Below, one piece after another: positions 61,740-64,000 of a DNA stretch of 64,000 bases. A program made the translations under genes and the position numbers. The stretch is from assembly GCA_002269645.1 (NCBI GenBank), contig NIVC01002806.1, positions 42,501-106,500 of the forward strand. The letters are read 5' to 3'. The notes below the pieces were generated by a model, which saw only the letters and a list, made by a program, of their open reading frames with translations, ran no database searches and was not told where the DNA came from. How positions within the stretch are numbered: position 1 is the first letter of the stretch; every line of letters begins with the position of its first letter. The stretch is from Macrostomum lignano. Taxonomy: Eukaryota.

Positions 61740-64000
61740 ACTTAGACTTAGCTGCAGGGGGCATCCGGCGGATGCAGCGAGGAGGCGGAGGAGACCGCCC
61801 ATTCCGCTAGCCCCTGGCGACCAATGGCTTCCAGTGGTGTCGCTCAGGGGGACCCGTCGGTCTCGCTGCCGCAGCGCGGTCCTCCTCACCGACGGTGGGG
61901 AAGAACTCAGCTCGTCCCGTGTCCCTCATGTACCGGCGAGCAGCGGGATGCTCTCGGGCCTGCAAACGTCGGAGAGATCCGGGTTTGGCCCGAGGTGAGT
62001 GAGCCTGGCCCTGGTGAAAACCGGGCAGTGGCAGATAAAATGCTCGGCGTTTTCACTGCCTGAGCGGCAGAAGGGGCACCGCTCCTCGGAACTTGGCCCT
62101 AAAGGAAACAGTGGCGAGAGAAGCAGCCATGCCCGGAGAGGCCATGCTGACTGCTCTGGGGTCTCTGCGGTTGAGCCTGAAGAGGGCTCTACGCAGGAGA
62201 GGAGAGGGGCAGAGGACGGCAGCACGGGATTGCCTACAATTCCCGGTGTCGTGCCACCTGCGGAGATGCTCGGATTAAGTCCAGCGCTAACGCGGGAGTT
62301 GATCACCGAGGCGGGGATGGGGGCTCCCGGCTCGGCCCCAGCAGCACGCCGGCGGAGCCAGCCTTAGCCAGCATGTCGGCGCGCTCGTTGCCGAGGAAAC
62401 CAGTGTGGCCGCGGATCCATCTGAGTTCAACATGGTTGCCTAGCGCAAGCCCGTTGAGCTGGGTGTTGCAGTCCAGGACGGACCTGGAGCTGGTGGTGCT
62501 GCGGCGGAGGGCCCGAAGGGCTGCTTGGCTGTCAGAGTGAAAAATAAATTTCCGACCGCTAAGCTGCCTTCGGCGCAGCTCTGCCGCGCAGAAGCTGATG
62601 GCAAGCACCTCGCTCTGAAAAACACTGGAGTTGAGCCCAGTGTGCTGGGAGTAGCTCCAAACCACTTCTCCCTTGAAGAAGACGCAAGCTCCGAAGCCTG
62701 AAAGACCATGCCTCATAGAGCCGTCAGTGTAACAGTGGACTTCAGAATCGCTCCAGCTGTCACTCGCCTCGTGTCGAGGCTGAATAATCACCTTATACCT
62801 TTGGCTCAGAAGAAGGGTGGCTAGGATCGAGTCCGTGAGTATGTTGAGCCCGCCACACTCCTCGAGAGCCTTGATAAGCGACCGCTTCTTAAAGGCCCGC
62901 ACTTTCTTGAAGGCCACCCCAGCATCCAGAAGACGCCGGGTGCTCTTCGCCGCCTCTCCTTTGATGTAAATATCCAGAGGAGGGGCACGGAGGAAGGCAT
63001 TTATGCCTTCAAAAGGAGTAGAGGGTGGAGCGCCCATAGTCATGCGGCAGGCTCTGCCCTGGATTTTGTAGGCTCAAGGTTGCTCTTGACGCTCAGGCCG
63101 CTGGCCCACACGAGGTTGGCGTAACTGATCGAGGGGCGGATGATGGCAGTGTAAATCCACACACAGCTTCCTGTAGGGTGAGCCCCCAGGTGGTGCCCAC
63201 GGCGCGTCTGATCTGAGCCAGGACAGCCAGGGCTTTTTTGGCTTTAGTTTGAATGTGCGGAGTCCAGTTAAGCCTGTGGTCCAGAGTGAGGCCCAGGCAG
63301 CGGACCTGCTTCTCCATGGAAATATTCTTTCCATAGAGGGTGAGGGGCTGGATGGTCCAGAGCAGTTTGTTGGTAAACATGACCGCTGTGGTTTTCGACT
63401 CTGAGAGTCTAAGGCCACATAGGTTTGCCCAACGCTCCGCTCGTCCCAGAAAGCTCTGCAGAAGGTCTCTGATGGTATCAACCGAGGGGCCCGCGCATAT
63501 CGCGGTCACATCATCGCATAGCCCACCTTGAGAATGGGGTCGTGGAGATCACTGCAAAGCAACTCATCCATGACCATGTTCCAGAGAACGGGCGTGAGAA
63601 CTCCGCCCTGGGGGCCCCCTTTCTGGACAGGCACCGAAAGAGAGCTGCCGTTCAGGTGGGCCACAACAGTGCGGTTTCGGATCATGAACATGATCCACCA
63701 GACAAGGTGAGGGTGCGTGGCCCTGGATTCCAGTGCTCTGCAAAAGGCCTCAAAGATGACGTTGTCGAAGGCCCCCTCAATGTCCAGGAAAAGCGAGAGG
63801 GCAAAGCCGCTGCCAAGAACGGCCCTCTCCAGGAAGTCAACAATGATATGGAGGGCACTCTCGGTAGACCTGCCCGCGCGGAAGGCGTGCTGGTTATGCG
63901 AGAGTGGGAAGCGCTTCAGCTCGACCGAAAGTAGGCGCCAAAGCACCAGTCTCTCGAGGAGCTTGAGGCAGAAAGAGGTGAGGCTGATAGGCCTGAAGGC
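61740..64000 (-). mobile_element. Non-LTR retrotransposon (R1/LOA/I-group, RT + RNase H + CCHC), 3' portion, frameshifted; continues beyond the window
   Basis: RT: QHAFRAGRST, FLDIEGAFD, GGPQGGVLTPVLW, YA(D)D broken by a 1-nt deletion near 63510, CLGLTLD. RNase H: YTDGS, VFQSEVLAI, HSDSQAAL, WIRGHTGFLGNERAD. C-terminal LSGHGCF..CPFC..EHFICHCP. 3' tail (CTAAGT)2 at 61751-61740. Confidence 0.93.

Overview
Eukaryotic (animal) genomic DNA: spliceosomal GT-AG introns, GC-rich exons, an innexin, and introns packed with minisatellites. The style suggests a free-living flatworm such as Macrostomum (inference only). Left to right: a heavily AT-mutated LINE reverse-transcriptase relic; a multi-exon chitobiase-type GH20 beta-N-acetylhexosaminidase (+); a tandem array of four divergent Cys-loop ion-channel genes (-), one frameshifted; selenium-binding protein/methanethiol oxidase (-); a nested tandem macro-repeat; an innexin (+) with an intronic hAT MITE; an intronless CK1-like probable pseudokinase (-); junctophilin with a 42-Gln tract (-); an atypical O2-type soluble guanylyl cyclase (-); a decayed gene for a large secreted discoidin-domain protein (-); and the 3' part of an RT-RNase H non-LTR retrotransposon running off the right edge. 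The most interesting element is the channel array. Its extracellular domains are highly divergent and lack the acetylcholine aromatic box, while the pore-coding exons are homogenised by apparent gene conversion. A compact MEF2/CRE/AP-1/TATA promoter-like cassette bracketed by 52-bp perfect inverted repeats sits inside the array. Exon boundaries were derived by hand from splice signals and frame continuity; no database searches were run.
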